This document shows, piece by piece, positions 47,024 to 58,643 of a stretch of 64,000 nucleotides of DNA (position 1 is the first letter of the stretch; every line of letters starts with the position of its first letter). Under the pieces are notes generated by a model. That model searched no databases. It had not been told where the DNA came from and saw only the letters and a program-made list of their open reading frames with translations. The DNA comes from Sedimentisphaerales bacterium (lineage in GTDB: Bacteria; Planctomycetota; Phycisphaerae; Sedimentisphaerales; Anaerobacaceae), in contig OY970194.1 of assembly GCA_963708075.1 (NCBI GenBank), forward strand, positions 5,152,001 through 5,216,000, in the 5' to 3' direction. The translations under genes were made by a program, and so were the position numbers.

Positions 47024-50000
47024 ATGCTACTCGATGTCGCAAAGATCAGAAAACGCCTTTCTGCCTTTGAATTTAAGCAACTCTTTGTCGAAGAGCTTGG
47101 CTGGGACCGGTACACAACTGATCTCACAGTGCCAGTCGACGGCCACACCCTCACACTCTCATCAGTCGCCGAGAAACGAGGGATGCCTGTCTTCGTCTGT
47201 GAGCCGGATAGCAACGGCGGGATTCCAGACGGGTCTACCCGTCGGAAGATCGAACGCCGGGTCACCAAGAGTGTCCACGAGCACCTAATCGTGTTCGTCG
47301 ACGGCAGGCACACCACACAGATTTGGCATTGGGTCCGTCGCGAGCGTGGCAAGCGCCTGGCGGCTCGTGAACATTGTTACCATACCGGGCAGTCAGGTGA
47401 GTCGCTCATCCAAAAGCTGGGAAACCTGGCCGTCAGTCTCAAAGAGGAAGAGCACGTCACATTGCCTGACGTGATGATCAAAGCAAAGGTGTTCGATGTC
47501 GAGCGTGCCACCAAGGCATTCTACGATCGATTCAAGGAGGAGCGTAAGAGATTCCTTGGATTCCTCACCGGTATCCCCGATAAAGAGATGCAGGCATGGT
47601 ACGTATGCATCATGCTCAACCGCCTTATGTTCATCTACTTTCTGCAGAAGAAGAGATTCCTTGATGACGACCCGCACTATCTCAGGAACAAGTTCGCCAA
47701 GTTTAGGGAGGGCCATCAGCGGGATCGCTTTTATCGGGATTTTCTCTGCCCCCTTTTCTTCGAGGGTTTTGCCAGATGGGAGGACGAACGATCACCGAGA
47801 GCACGCGACGTTCTTGGCAGAGTACCCTATCTGAACGGCGGCATCTTCCAGAAGCATCGAATAGAAAGGCTCCACGGACACACCATCAACATCCCAGACA
47901 AGCCATTCGAGAGCCTCTTTGAATTCTTTGATGCATTCCACTGGCATCTGGATGACCGTCATACAGCCAACGATAACGAGATCTGTCCTGATATCCTCGG
48001 GTACGTATTCGAGAAGTACATCAACCAAAAGGAGATGGGCGCCTATTATACGAAAGAGGATATCACAGAGTACATTTGCAGGAACACGATAATTCCATTT
48101 CTTCTTGGCGCTACTGAAAGAAATGCGGGAGGACGCATTTGAAGGTGAAATGTCTGTTTGTGCACTCCTTCAGGATGCCCCCGACCGATATATCGACAGC
48201 TCGATCAAGCATGGAACTAGCAACACATTGCCGCCAGTTATTGCGAATGGGCTTGATCCAGATAAGCCGAATGTCATTGAGCGGCGTAGGAACTGGAACG
48301 AGCGAGCGCCTAGTGAATACGCATTGGACGGCGAAACCTGGCGAGATGTTGTCGCGCGCCGACATCGCTACGCAGAAATGCGAGACAGACTCATTGCAGG
48401 CGAAATCCAATCAATTGATGACCTTGTCGCCTGCAATCTTGATATCTATCGATTTGCGATTGATGTCATTAAGACCTGCAAGAGCCCAGATCTCCTCTCG
48501 GCGCTCTGGGAGGCAATCGAGCAGATTTCCGTATTAGACCCGACATGTGGATCAGGTGCCTTCTTGTTCGCTGCACTCAAGGTCCTCGCGGGTTTGCAGG
48601 AAGCATCCCTCGATCGGATGGCTCGCTATCTTGATGAATGGCGTTTGGGTCGAAAGAAGAACTCGAGCGACTACTCCGATGTGTTTAGCCAGATACTGAA
48701 TCGAATGGGTGACCCGTCTAAACGAGACTTATCGATAGTTAAGTCAATCCTGACCCGTAACCTCTATGGCGTGGACATCTTGGATGAAGGCGTGGAGATC
48801 TGCCGGTTGAGACTATTCCTTGCGCTTGCCTCGCTATTGGAATTAGATCAGTCCAAACCAAATCTGGGCATAAAGCCATTGCCGGACTTGGACTTCAACA
48901 TCCGCACAGGGAACACGCTTGTTGGTTTCGCATCTCTCGATCAAGTAAGGAACAGCTTTGCGGGAAAGCTCCCCTTTCCAGAGGTGAGAAAGCATGTCGC
49001 ATTGATCGAGAAGCAAGCGGATGCCGCCGACCATACGCTCTCCAAGTTTCAGAAAATGCAGATGGACCAGCAAGTATCCAATCACGAAGCAATCATTGAG
49101 GCCAAAGACAGCTTGAAAACCTGTCTCAACGACCTCAGCAACGAATTGGACGAGTTCCTGGCTGGTGACTACGGCGTCAATATTGCCGACAGAAGCTGCT
49201 TTGAGAAGTGGCGAGGCTCCCACAAGCCCTTCCACTGGTTAAGTGAGTTCCACGGCATTATGAGGAAGGGCGGGTTTGATGTCGTCATAGGGAACCCCCC
49301 GTTTGTTGGGTACAGCGACGCGTCGAGCAGCTACAGAGTCCAAGGGTATAGCACACTTGATAGCCGTAATCTCTACGCCTATGTTGTGGAGCGAAGCATG
49401 GCTTTGCTCCAGCGAAACGGTGGAATCGGCATGACGGTGCCGGTTTCCCTCACGTTCAGCCGAGATTTCCCATCCCTTCGAAGACTCCTCCTTGAGCGTA
49501 AGGGTCTGCTCATGCTCTCCTCATATGACAACATCCCTGACCGCCTGTTTACCGGTGCAAAGGAGAGCGAGAACACCAGCAAGGCAAATCAGCAGCGAAT
49601 AACAATCTTCCTATCGATCCCGGCGCAGAGGGCGCACTTACGATGACCACACCGCTCCTGCGCTGGCGTTCAAGTGAGCGAGAGAGGCTCTTTGCAAAGC
49701 TGCCATATGTGGATGCAACTGCACTCTGTGGCACCGAATCGTTCCCCAAGCTCGGCTCGCGCAAATTGCGTGACTTCCTAATATTGTGGAAGGCTCTCCC
49801 CAAGAGACTTGTCCAGTACATGGACAAGCACGGCAAGCACCACTTGGTTGTGCCGCGAACAGCAGGTTATTACATCGCAGCGTACCCCGATGAAATGGCG
49901 CGAACGAAGCAGATGGTACTGCGATTCCCGTGTAGAGAGCATCGTGATCTGGCGTTTGTCTTGCTCAACAGTAACGTCTTCTTCTGGCTCTGGCGTGTCA

Positions 50001-50344
50001 TAGGTGACGGTTTTGACGTGACAACCAACCAGATTGAGCAGTGCCCGACCTTCGGGGCCCTGGATGAGGAATGTACTAAGATTGCGGCTGACTTGGAGGC
50101 TGCGCTTCCGGAATGCACAGTGTACAAAGGCTATCGCGGTGTCCAGGTTCCGAACGTCAATTTCAACAAACGCATGGACCTCCTGTGGCGCGCTGACGAG
50201 TGGATTATCAAGCACGTCGCGCCAAGTCTAAGCGTCACCCCGGAGGATTTCTTGTGGGCAAAGTCGAGTTCATTCCTGAAGCTATCTGTAGCTAAATCTG
50301 CTAATCTCCCACCTGGCTTTGACTTTGTGGCGGGGGAGAATTGA
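47024..50344 (+). CDS. Eco57I-like (type IIG-related) adenine DNA methyltransferase; frameshifts near 48120 and 49620
   Basis: PYLNGGIF, GAYYTK, LDPTCGSGAF, YGVDI, FDVVIGNPPF, then a C-terminal target-recognition region; three consecutive overlapping ORFs. Confidence 0.88.
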
Positions 50345-50701
50345 ACGAGGGAACTGCCAGTATCCGGTCCTCTTTCGGGGTGGATGGCCGGAAATGGGAG
50401 GGGGACGGAAGATCTGATTGCGGATTTGGGAGTGCGGAATGCCGAGGACGGAAGGGAGACGCGATAGGTGATCTGTGATAAGAAAGAGGGCGGCGGGACA
50501 ATGAGAATGCGGAATTGGGAATGCGGAGTGCGGAATGCCGGCCTTTGGCCGGTTGTCAGTTGAGAATCTTCGGCTGTATTTCTCTGTGTCCTCGGTGGCC
50601 TCTGTGGCCCAGTGAATTTACGATTTACGAATTACGATTTGCGATTGGGAAAGGAAGTTTGAAGTGTGAAGTAAGCGAGCGGCAGGGCCGGGTCGCTCCA
50701 A

Positions 50702-50851
50702 CTTCTCCGCGCACTGCTGACAGTGGAACGCCACGATATCGGTCAATCCCTCCTCGGCCAACTCCATGGCGTGCTCGGCCGCCCTGAAGTCGTGTTCCGC
50801 TTTCTCCGTCCAGCGGGCGACCTGCTGCATCAATTCAGGCGGCTCGCTCAT
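50702..50851 (-). pseudogene. Truncated HEPN-domain protein
   Basis: W..KAEHD...AFHCQQCAEK N-terminal half only; homology ends at a repeat shared with 56678-56705. Confidence 0.8.
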
Positions 50852-51170
50852 ACAACACCTTTCCCTCCCTCACTGCCTCGCGGATGATTGTGCCTATGGT
50901 GTCGCGATACTTCTCCACCTCCTCCGGCGTGACTACGATAAGATCAATCGGAATCGGAATGCCTTCCAAGGCCAAGTCGATCTCCACGGCCTGTTGCCGT
51001 TTGGACCCGTCCACCGGCATAACGACCAGCAAATCGGCGTCGCTATCCGGCCCGCCCCGGCCCCGTGCCAGCGAGCCGAACAGGATGATCCGGTCCGGGT
51101 GAAACCGCGACACAATGCGGTCCACCGCCTCTTGAAGAGCCGACTCACTTGTCTCCGGTCGAATGGCCAT
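50835..51170 (-). CDS. Minimal nucleotidyltransferase (MNT) antitoxin
   Basis: ILFGSLARG...DSDADLLVV, IDLIV, EGKVLYE; overlaps the HEPN start. Confidence 0.92.
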   Translation of the reverse strand: MAIRPETSESALQEAVDRIVSRFHPDRIILFGSLARGRGGPDSDADLLVVMPVDGSKRQQAVEIDLALEGIPIPIDLIVVTPEEVEKYRDTIGTIIREAVREGKVLYERAA

Positions 51171-51641
51171 AGTACGCTCCTGACTGCAACAGACGATCCG
51201 ATGCTATTCTACGCCCTCCGCCCCTCCCAGGCAAGCGCCTCCGCGCCTCTCATTCCGCAATCCGCATTCGAAACGTCCCGCCGCCCCCCCTTTTTCAAAT
51301 CAAACATCAAAAATCAAACATCAAACTTCACACTCCCTCCGCTCCCTCCTCTCCGAAAAACGACCGGACAGATTAAGTTGCGCCGGGCCACCGTTCTCCT
51401 GGTGACCTCGGAACTGACTGGCCAATAACGCTGACCCTCAAGCAACGGCAGACGGCGGCTGTTCGAGATCGCCGAGTCCCTTCCGTCGTGAGATTGCGCG
51501 CTGTGTTGCAGACCGCCATGTATTATTTTGAAGATGGCGATGGGTCAAGTGTATAATCACACGCCGAAGACGTCACGAGAGCAGGCTTGTCACTAGCCGT
51601 TAGAAGGCGTAAATCGTTACTCCCAGAGGCGAGGTTACAGA

Positions 51642-53213
51642 ATGGCTACCATGAAGTGTGATCTGCAAGCGATGAATTGGCTGGCTCGCGTATTGGACCC
51701 AACGGCTTCATTTGCAAGGCTGGGAGACCCCAATCAGGAGGTTGACATTTTGCGAGGACTTGTAGAAAGATCCAGCGAGATGTCTCGACTGCGGCCTCTT
51801 GCCACAATCGCAGGAATTGGCGGAACGTCTGAATACATGGCCGGGCCCAAACCCACAGCTTCTACTGCAAACAAGATATCGTCTGCATCGGATTTCATGA
51901 CAGCGGTGCGAGATCGCTTGGCACAAAGATCATGGACTGCCCTCATAGTCCCTTCATACGATGAAGAGGCACTTGACTCCTTTCTCTGTTCGGAGGGTTT
52001 CAAAGCATCGCTTGTACGCCAGAGTGGGAACAAAAACGGGCTCATTCTCCAACCGCACTGTAAATCGGAAAGAGCTTTCGATCTGACTGACGTGTTCCCT
52101 AGTTTTCTAGCGGCACTTGGTGAAGCCACTAAGTGGCCTGGCTTGCTGGTGTGGACTCAGAGCAGTGAATCGGTCTTTCTGGCGCTACCTCAGGCAGGCG
52201 AAGAGATGATTCAAGCTTGCGCAACGTGGATAATAGCGCGGCTTGTGGCCATGTCTCCCGTCAACTTGAAGTCCCTCAAGGAGGATTATCTGAAGCAGTT
52301 TCCGGCGATTAAAAGACGCTACTCGCGCGTGTTACACCTGTTACAGATAAGCGATGTCCATCTTGGCTCAAGGATAGCTCGCCAACGACTACCGCGAGTA
52401 CAAGCTCTGATCGAAAAAGAAGTCGAACAGTTGAGACAGTCGGGTAGCGTGCGACCTATCATCACAGGTGATCTTCTAAACAGCCCAAACGATAGTAATG
52501 TGGATGATGCGGAGAGCTTTCTGTATTTCCTCCATAGTCTGAAACTAGACGACCCTGCGATCGTTCTGGGTAACCATGATGTTAGGAAAAGCGGTATCAT
52601 AGGTGAGGACTTCAAAGCAGCATTGAATCTACCCACCAGTCCAGTCGTCTGGATACCGGATTACATGGTAGGGCTGGTGTGTTTCAATTCAGTCATAAGG
52701 GGTAGGTTGGCTCGTGGATTCATAGGCGAAAAGCAGTTCATGAGACTGGGTACCTGCATTGAGAACCAGAAGGACTCAAGCGAGTATGCTCTCATAGGTC
52801 TTCTTCATCATCATCCAATGCCCGTGCGCAACCCTGGTTGGTTGAAGATCCCCTTTTATGCAAGATGGCTTGGGCGTTTCTTCGAGCGCACCGTCGAATT
52901 GAAGGATGCACGTCAGTTTCGCCAATTTGTGACAGAAAGATCGATGAGAGCTGTCTTGCACGGACACAAGCATGTTCCACGTGAGGGGTTGCTGTCAAAG
53001 GAGAGCGCTATCCCTGTGTTTGGTTGTGGGAGCTCCGTCGGAAAAATCAAGACCAGGGATGGTGGCCCGTACATCTCGATTAATGTGGTCACCATCGATC
53101 CCGCAGCCAACAAGCTGGTCGGTAGGCTTCTAATCGAGAAGTTCGCTGGTGCCGGGTTTGAAGAAGAACGCCACGAACGCATACTGCGCATGGATTTGGT
53201 CCGCCACAATTAA
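51642..53213 (+). CDS. Calcineurin-like metallophosphoesterase with uncharacterised N-terminal domain
   Basis: SDVH, TGDL, GNHD, HHHP and HGHKH motifs in the C-terminal half; visibly lower GC than host genes. Confidence 0.85.
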   Translation: MATMKCDLQAMNWLARVLDPTASFARLGDPNQEVDILRGLVERSSEMSRLRPLATIAGIGGTSEYMAGPKPTASTANKISSASDFMTAVRDRLAQRSWTALIVPSYDEEALDSFLCSEGFKASLVRQSGNKNGLILQPHCKSERAFDLTDVFPSFLAALGEATKWPGLLVWTQSSESVFLALPQAGEEMIQACATWIIARLVAMSPVNLKSLKEDYLKQFPAIKRRYSRVLHLLQISDVHLGSRIARQRLPRVQALIEKEVEQLRQSGSVRPIITGDLLNSPNDSNVDDAESFLYFLHSLKLDDPAIVLGNHDVRKSGIIGEDFKAALNLPTSPVVWIPDYMVGLVCFNSVIRGRLARGFIGEKQFMRLGTCIENQKDSSEYALIGLLHHHPMPVRNPGWLKIPFYARWLGRFFERTVELKDARQFRQFVTERSMRAVLHGHKHVPREGLLSKESAIPVFGCGSSVGKIKTRDGGPYISINVVTIDPAANKLVGRLLIEKFAGAGFEEERHERILRMDLVRHN

Positions 53214-53301
53214 TTTCAACCATTCTCATGCCTCGCCAGAGAAGCCCCCTATTCTGTAACCGATTCGCACAGAAGTCATGGTCAAGAAGGTTTGGACTGG
53301 C

Positions 53302-54999
53302 TCACCACTCTGGACCAAAGGACACGGCATGGGGGGTTCTCTGGATAGAAATGTAACTAGTCAATGGCCAAGAATGAGGGGTCTGCCGCCGTCCCCAAAT
53401 GGCGACCCCAGGCAACCAGAGAAACTTGACGGCTTTGAAGTCTTTTCGTGAGCCCTCGTACTCAAAATCCACAGAGGTGACGACATCGCCGAGCTTTGCG
53501 CGGTTGCCACATACAAGGTCGGGTAGGCTTATCTCAGTGTTCCACACCAAGTGGGGTAAGGATCGCCTTATTCTCTGCAGCGTTTGGTCGTCAACGGTGT
53601 TTTCGTCCCTATCGTGGTGCGAACCCAAGTGAGCCATCAAGTCATTCGCACTTACCAAGAATGTGCGGCAGGCCAGTGTCTTTCGACCTTCGATCAACGC
53701 TCTCATCCACTTGTGTCGAGCAAGAGACGGCACGAAATTGTCGATAAGATCAAGGATGCCCTTGAGGACAGCAAAAGACACGTGTTCCGCATCCATGCCC
53801 CTAGTCCTGACTCCCTTGGGGACAAACGTAATCGCCATGCTTGGGTGAATGTTCGCGTTGACGGCGGGCAAAATAACATGATGAAGATCATCTGTGTTCA
53901 GGGTGCGGTACATCCCAAAGTTATCATCGTTGATCAGGAAGTGACATACCCATGCGGAGGTTGGAATATACTCTTTCGATGCAAGTTCCCGGTAGCTGAT
54001 TCCGGCTTCAGGTCCCCACCTATCAGTGTTGCGAGTATGGCCTAACACCGTCACAACGTGAAGCAACTGCTCGAGTTCTCCAAGTTGTGGACGTTGTATG
54101 CCTAGTATTGTCGGGCAGCAGGATTCAACATATGGATAGATCGATGCCGCAGCATCAACGTCAGGCTGCTTGACGAAATCCTCCTGCAAGACGCGCAGCC
54201 CCAATCGCTTTGCTACCGTGACAATCTGTTCCACCGTCAGACCTCGGGGTCGCTGGCCAGGCGGATCGACCGGAGAGCGACCAAGCCGTCGGGCTTGGGT
54301 CCGATGGTCGATGCCAAGAATCTCGTTAATTCGTTCGCTCGTTAGTTTCTTCCTCTGTCGCCCTGCTTTCCGTTTAGACAAATTGTTGACGGCCATTTGG
54401 GCGGCGGCGTGGGCGCATACACTGGTTAACGAATTCTGCTGTGCGAAATAGCATCCGGCGATGCGGAACTCTTCGTGACGATTCGGAGTGCCTATGATTG
54501 TGACAAACTCATTCCAGCAGTGGTAGTAGTAGTTCATCACCTTGTTTTCGCACAGGCTGCCGTTATCTGCGCATTTGTACTCTCCCGGGAACGTCACGAC
54601 AGCCTCGTAAATATAGGTCATGGGCGCGACGGCCGGGGAATGATGTCGAAGGAATGAGATGGTTATGAGAACAACATAGCCAAGTATACCCTTCTGAGCC
54701 TCTGGCGTATGCCAATCTCCCCTGGGTATATTTGCGAAGAAAGTAAGGCGTTTCGCCTTGCATGATGTGATTCCCCCAGAACGTCGTCCAATAGCGGAAA
54801 ACTCCGTGAGAAGCTCGTCGTTTGGGGCGAGTTCCTCCTCAACGAGCCATTTAGCTTTCATCTTTCGCATGAGCGTACATACTCTATGGAGGGGCATCCG
54901 GTTAGGCCCCTCGCACATGTTTCGGATGTACTCATAGAAAGATATTTGCGTGACATCGGTTGGGGGTGCTGGCAGGCGTACAGCGTAGACGTCGTTCAT
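53302..54999 (-). CDS. Hypothetical protein with papain-like (C39-type) Cys-His-Asp motif set
   Basis: QQNSLTSVCAHAA, HVVTVLGH, FLINDDNFG in papain-fold order; RBS GGAGAGG. Confidence 0.6.
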   Translation of the reverse strand: MNDVYAVRLPAPPTDVTQISFYEYIRNMCEGPNRMPLHRVCTLMRKMKAKWLVEEELAPNDELLTEFSAIGRRSGGITSCKAKRLTFFANIPRGDWHTPEAQKGILGYVVLITISFLRHHSPAVAPMTYIYEAVVTFPGEYKCADNGSLCENKVMNYYYHCWNEFVTIIGTPNRHEEFRIAGCYFAQQNSLTSVCAHAAAQMAVNNLSKRKAGRQRKKLTSERINEILGIDHRTQARRLGRSPVDPPGQRPRGLTVEQIVTVAKRLGLRVLQEDFVKQPDVDAAASIYPYVESCCPTILGIQRPQLGELEQLLHVVTVLGHTRNTDRWGPEAGISYRELASKEYIPTSAWVCHFLINDDNFGMYRTLNTDDLHHVILPAVNANIHPSMAITFVPKGVRTRGMDAEHVSFAVLKGILDLIDNFVPSLARHKWMRALIEGRKTLACRTFLVSANDLMAHLGSHHDRDENTVDDQTLQRIRRSLPHLVWNTEISLPDLVCGNRAKLGDVVTSVDFEYEGSRKDFKAVKFLWLPGVAIWGRRQTPHSWPLTSYISIQRTPHAVSFGPEW

Positions 55000-55068
55000 G
55001 ATTCCTCTCCCCCCCCGGCCAATCTGAAGGTATTTTTTTCAGGATACAGGAAGCCGGTTCGCCGGTGG

Positions 55069-55254
55069 TCACCCCTTTAGGTACTCACCGATAACCCATT
55101 TAGTCCTATCCGACCTTCGGTGCCAATCGACGAGCTTGGAGAGGATCTGAAGCTGGGAAGCTGCGGCGTCGGTCGCTGCAATCTTCGACATTTTCAGATG
55201 AGCACGCGCCGCCTGACTAAGGCGGCTGACAGTTTTTCTCTGCTTCTTAGCCAT
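55069..55254 (-). CDS. Small basic hypothetical protein
   Basis: 61 aa, RBS GGAG, co-oriented about 70 bp upstream of the peptidase-like gene. Confidence 0.55.
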   Translation of the reverse strand: MAKKQRKTVSRLSQAARAHLKMSKIAATDAAASQLQILSKLVDWHRRSDRTKWVIGEYLKG

Positions 55255-56072
55255 CTCTCCACCCTTCGAGCAAAATGGACATTCCCCTACCTTAATTTCT
55301 GTTCAAACTACGACGACCGGACCGCGCTGTTCATAGCGGTTTCTCCGGCTATACCTAGCGTAAAACGCGGGCGTCCCGCAGCCAAAACCTATATGGTAGG
55401 AGCTTTGCACGCCCGTGAACAGAAAAAAATCCTCCTCTGTGCCGGATGCACGCCAGCCAAAGCGATCCGTCAACCAAGGTTGCAGATATCCTCATTCAGC
55501 ACACACCCGCTACATATAGGTGGTCAACCTAGTCGCACTTCTATAACCTGTATGTCGGCCTTCTGCAATAGGTCAAGCAGTTTTTTCCCATTTTTTTGAA
55601 AAGTTTTTTTGTGTCTAAAGGAAACCTCCTCCGACCACCATGGATCTAAGCGGGTCAACATGACAAAGAAAGGCGACTCCCGAGCCAGTTTCTATCCGTC
55701 TCTACCTAAATGATACGCGGACACGGACGCAAAGTCAAGAGCATACCACCAGCATACATCTGGTTCGCGCCAAGCCCTCCCGATGCACACTCGGAGGGCT
55801 CGTCGAGTCCATCCCCAATCTCCAGGGGAGCAGCGTCCAAGTGTAAGTTATCGGTTAACAATTGTGAGTAGGCGCCTACGGGCCGACGAAGGTGTTGTTG
55901 TCGAAGGCGGGGCGTTCGATGCCGCGGACTCTTTGGCCGGTGGACATGGCCGGTTGGAGTGCGGAGTGCGGAATGAAGAGGCAGGGGGTCAGGGCTCGGG
56001 GATCAGGGGGCAGGTTGGCAGATTCCTTCTCCGTGGCGAGAGAATCAGTTGTCGGTTCCCGGCTGCTAGTTG

Positions 56073-56414
56073 TCAGTCGGTGGTCGCTTCGGCGGGCTCT
56101 TGTTTGCGGATGTCGTCAAACTGGTTGATCTCGACGTCGCCCTGTGGAAAGTGCGCGATGATGCGCAGTTCCCCGCCCATGGCGGCGATGAATCGTCGAA
56201 GCGTGCTGACGTACATGTCGGACTGATGCTCCAGCTTGGAGATGGCGGCCTGGTTCATCTTCAGCACTTCAGCCAGCTCCTGTTGCGTCAGGTGCATCGC
56301 CTGGCGCAACTCCTGGAGGGCCATTTCCGAGTACATCTCGGCGGTGCGTTTGCGAATTCGCTCCCGGCTCTGGGGCGACATCTTATCAACAAGATTCTTA
56401 AACGGCTTTGCCAT
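56073..56414 (-). CDS. XRE-family HTH regulator (HigA-like antitoxin), orphan
   Basis: LQELRQAMHLTQQELAEVL..NQAAISKLE..DMYVSTLRRFIAAMGGEL. Confidence 0.9.
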   Translation of the reverse strand: MAKPFKNLVDKMSPQSRERIRKRTAEMYSEMALQELRQAMHLTQQELAEVLKMNQAAISKLEHQSDMYVSTLRRFIAAMGGELRIIAHFPQGDVEINQFDDIRKQEPAEATTD

Positions 56415-56418
56415 CAGC

Positions 56419-56460
56419 ATAACCTATCAGTTATATAACTTATGAGTTATGTCTTGTCAA
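56419..56460 (-). promoter_or_regulatory. Promoter overlapped by two tandem palindromic operators ATAAC-N6-GTTAT
   Basis: TTGACA at 56455-56460 (minus strand); palindromes at 56419-56434 and 56435-56450. Confidence 0.75.
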
Positions 56461-56809
56461 GTGGTTTTTTGCTCATTTTGTCTACAGCCGTTGCTCCAGG
56501 ATCTTGGTAAACACGCCGCACGCACGAATACCCGGTATTATGAGCAGCCCGTGGGGCGGCGACAAGGGCAAAGGGCCAGGATTTCGCGGGCACTATGCGG
56601 CAGAGTGTCTGCCGGTGGACATGGCCGGTTGGAGTGCGGAGTGAGAAAGGCGAGTGTGAAGTTTGATGTTTGAAGTTTGAAGTAAGCGAGCGGCAGGGCC
56701 GGGTCTTCTCTGCGGCCTTCTGAATCTCTGACTTACGAATTACGATCTATGATTCGTTCTGGAAATCTGCGTTGCTAACTCGCAACAACTGAAAAAGATT
56801 TCCAGATCT

Positions 56810-58344
56810 TCATGCGGCGGCTTTGTTAAGTTGTTCTGTGGTGGCCTTTTGCGTTAGCGAGATGGTAGCGATGATTTTGGCTCCGTTCGCGGTCAGGCGA
56901 TACTTGCGAGTCTTGGGCAGACGGCGGATGATCTTGTGCTCTCGCAATAGCCGCAGCAGATACGTCACCTTCGCCGAGACCTCCTTGGCAGGACGGTTTG
57001 GATAGAGACGGCCGGCAATATCCCGATTGCGGAAATCCCCGACCAGTCCACAGGTCGCCACCGCCGCCAGCAGTTGCTGGTCCGCCTCGGACCAGGGTCG
57101 CAGCGCCCGGATCGATTTGCCCCTGCGGATGTGACGCCGGCAGATGGGCGAGAACCACTTCTTCCACTCGCTCACTGGTGTCGAGCTTGGCCAGGGCTTC
57201 GAGGTAGCGGTCATTGACTTGTTGCGAGACTTGACTGCGGGCGTATAAGTCCACGATGCCCTTGCTCATGGGCAGCATCCTCTTGGAACCCTGGGGATCG
57301 CGTTCGGACCGGCGGTAGACACGAAAGGCCCGAGCGTTGTTGATCGTGCACTCCGTACGCAGGATCGAGCCGGCCTTGTCATAGACCTTGACGGAGTTGG
57401 CGTGTGCCTGGTGCTTGACCCGAATTCCTTCGGGACGATCCCGGTAACTGCTGATCACCTCCTCCTGGCAGTTGGGATACAGACGCTTGCCGAGGAACCG
57501 CAGCACATCCTTGCTGCCAAAGGCGATCATGGAGCCACGCACCAGTTGGGGATAGATACGGCCCAACGCCTTGGGATCATCAAAGGCGATATCCGTCGCC
57601 CATTCGGTTCTCATGACTGGTCCAGTAGTAGTGCAAAGGAAAACCGGCAAACATCGTCTCGTGGGCCGGATTGAGGAATCGTGCGATGCGGCCGAACTGC
57701 CGGCACCAATCGGTGCGGTGCAGTTGGTCCATCAATGCCTGAGCCCGTGGAAAATCAGCCATCCAGGGAAAGCAGTTGTCACACCGCCGGTACGCCAGAT
57801 GCTCTTGATCCATCCTCTTGGCCAGCCATTCGCGGCCGTTCATCCACATCTGAATGGCAAAGGGAAACCACGTTTGGATGCGGGCGCCCATGAACCCGAA
57901 GTAGGCATCGTACCAGTAATGGTACAGGTGCATGCACTTGCCTTGAAACAGCTCCAAATCCAGCGTCTTGGCCTGGCGATTCTTATGAAGCTTGTAGGTC
58001 ATGCATGGCTCAATCGTACGCAGAATGCAAATCAGTCCCTCCCGGATGCCATCGCGGGCAGCGATGTCCAAAGCGACTTGTTCCTTATTGGTTCGGCTGG
58101 AGTGCAGGTACACATTGGGTCGGCCGGCCTGTTCGGCCTTGGCCACAGAGGCCTGGATCAGTTGCGCCGTCTTGTCCAGGGCGTACTGCTTGAAGTCCTT
58201 CATGAGAATGCTGCGATACGCCAGGTAGGAACACATCCCCGCCAGGTTGGCCACCAGGCGAAGGGTCCCACGAAAAACGATGCGGTCCCAGCCGCTCAAA
58301 ACCCCTATAATGTGCTTCTTGTGCTTCTCCATGAACGATTGCAT
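56810..58344 (-). CDS. ~510-aa putative transposase/replication-initiator-like protein with C-terminal winged helix; two frameshifts
   Basis: ORFs 57580..58383, 56826..57650 and 56810..57214 join after removing one base near 57610 and one near 57152. Motifs GWDRIVFRGT, EWATD, KVYDK..ILRTE, FRNRDI...YLLRLLR...RKYRLT; RBS AAGGAGG. Confidence 0.7.
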
Positions 58345-58429
58345 GGCATCCTCCTTGAAAAAACAGGTTGTCAGGTACAGCAACCAGCATAGCAGGGATG
58401 GATGCCTTTTTCATTCCAGAGGCTTGTGA

Positions 58430-58643
58430 TCATCCTTTTCCTTTTTGCCCTCGATAGGCTTGGGGCAAAAAGGAAAAGGGTGACCATCGTGGACAACAAG
58501 CGGGGCCAGCAGCGTCCACGGAGTGTGAGCAAGAAAAATGACAGGCGAGTCACGAGGGCGGATTCAACATCGCCGAGGATCGCGACTCTCGCTGGCGGCC
58601 CAGACTCGTGACCGAGACCACGCCTGGCATGTTCTTGCCACAC
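58430..58643 (-). ncRNA. Candidate structured non-coding leader (RNA or ssDNA)
   Basis: Stems 58430-58450/58463-58483 (20 of 21 bp), 58488-58494/58514-58520, and nested 58523-58535/58632-58643, 58542-58547/58621-58626, 58549-58556/58605-58612. Confidence 0.4.

Noticed and set aside
49643..50344. Separate specificity subunit downstream of the methyltransferase
   Set aside because: Adding one base near 49620 fuses it in frame to the methyltransferase; treated as its C-terminal region, although the ATGA overlap means a real split cannot be excluded.
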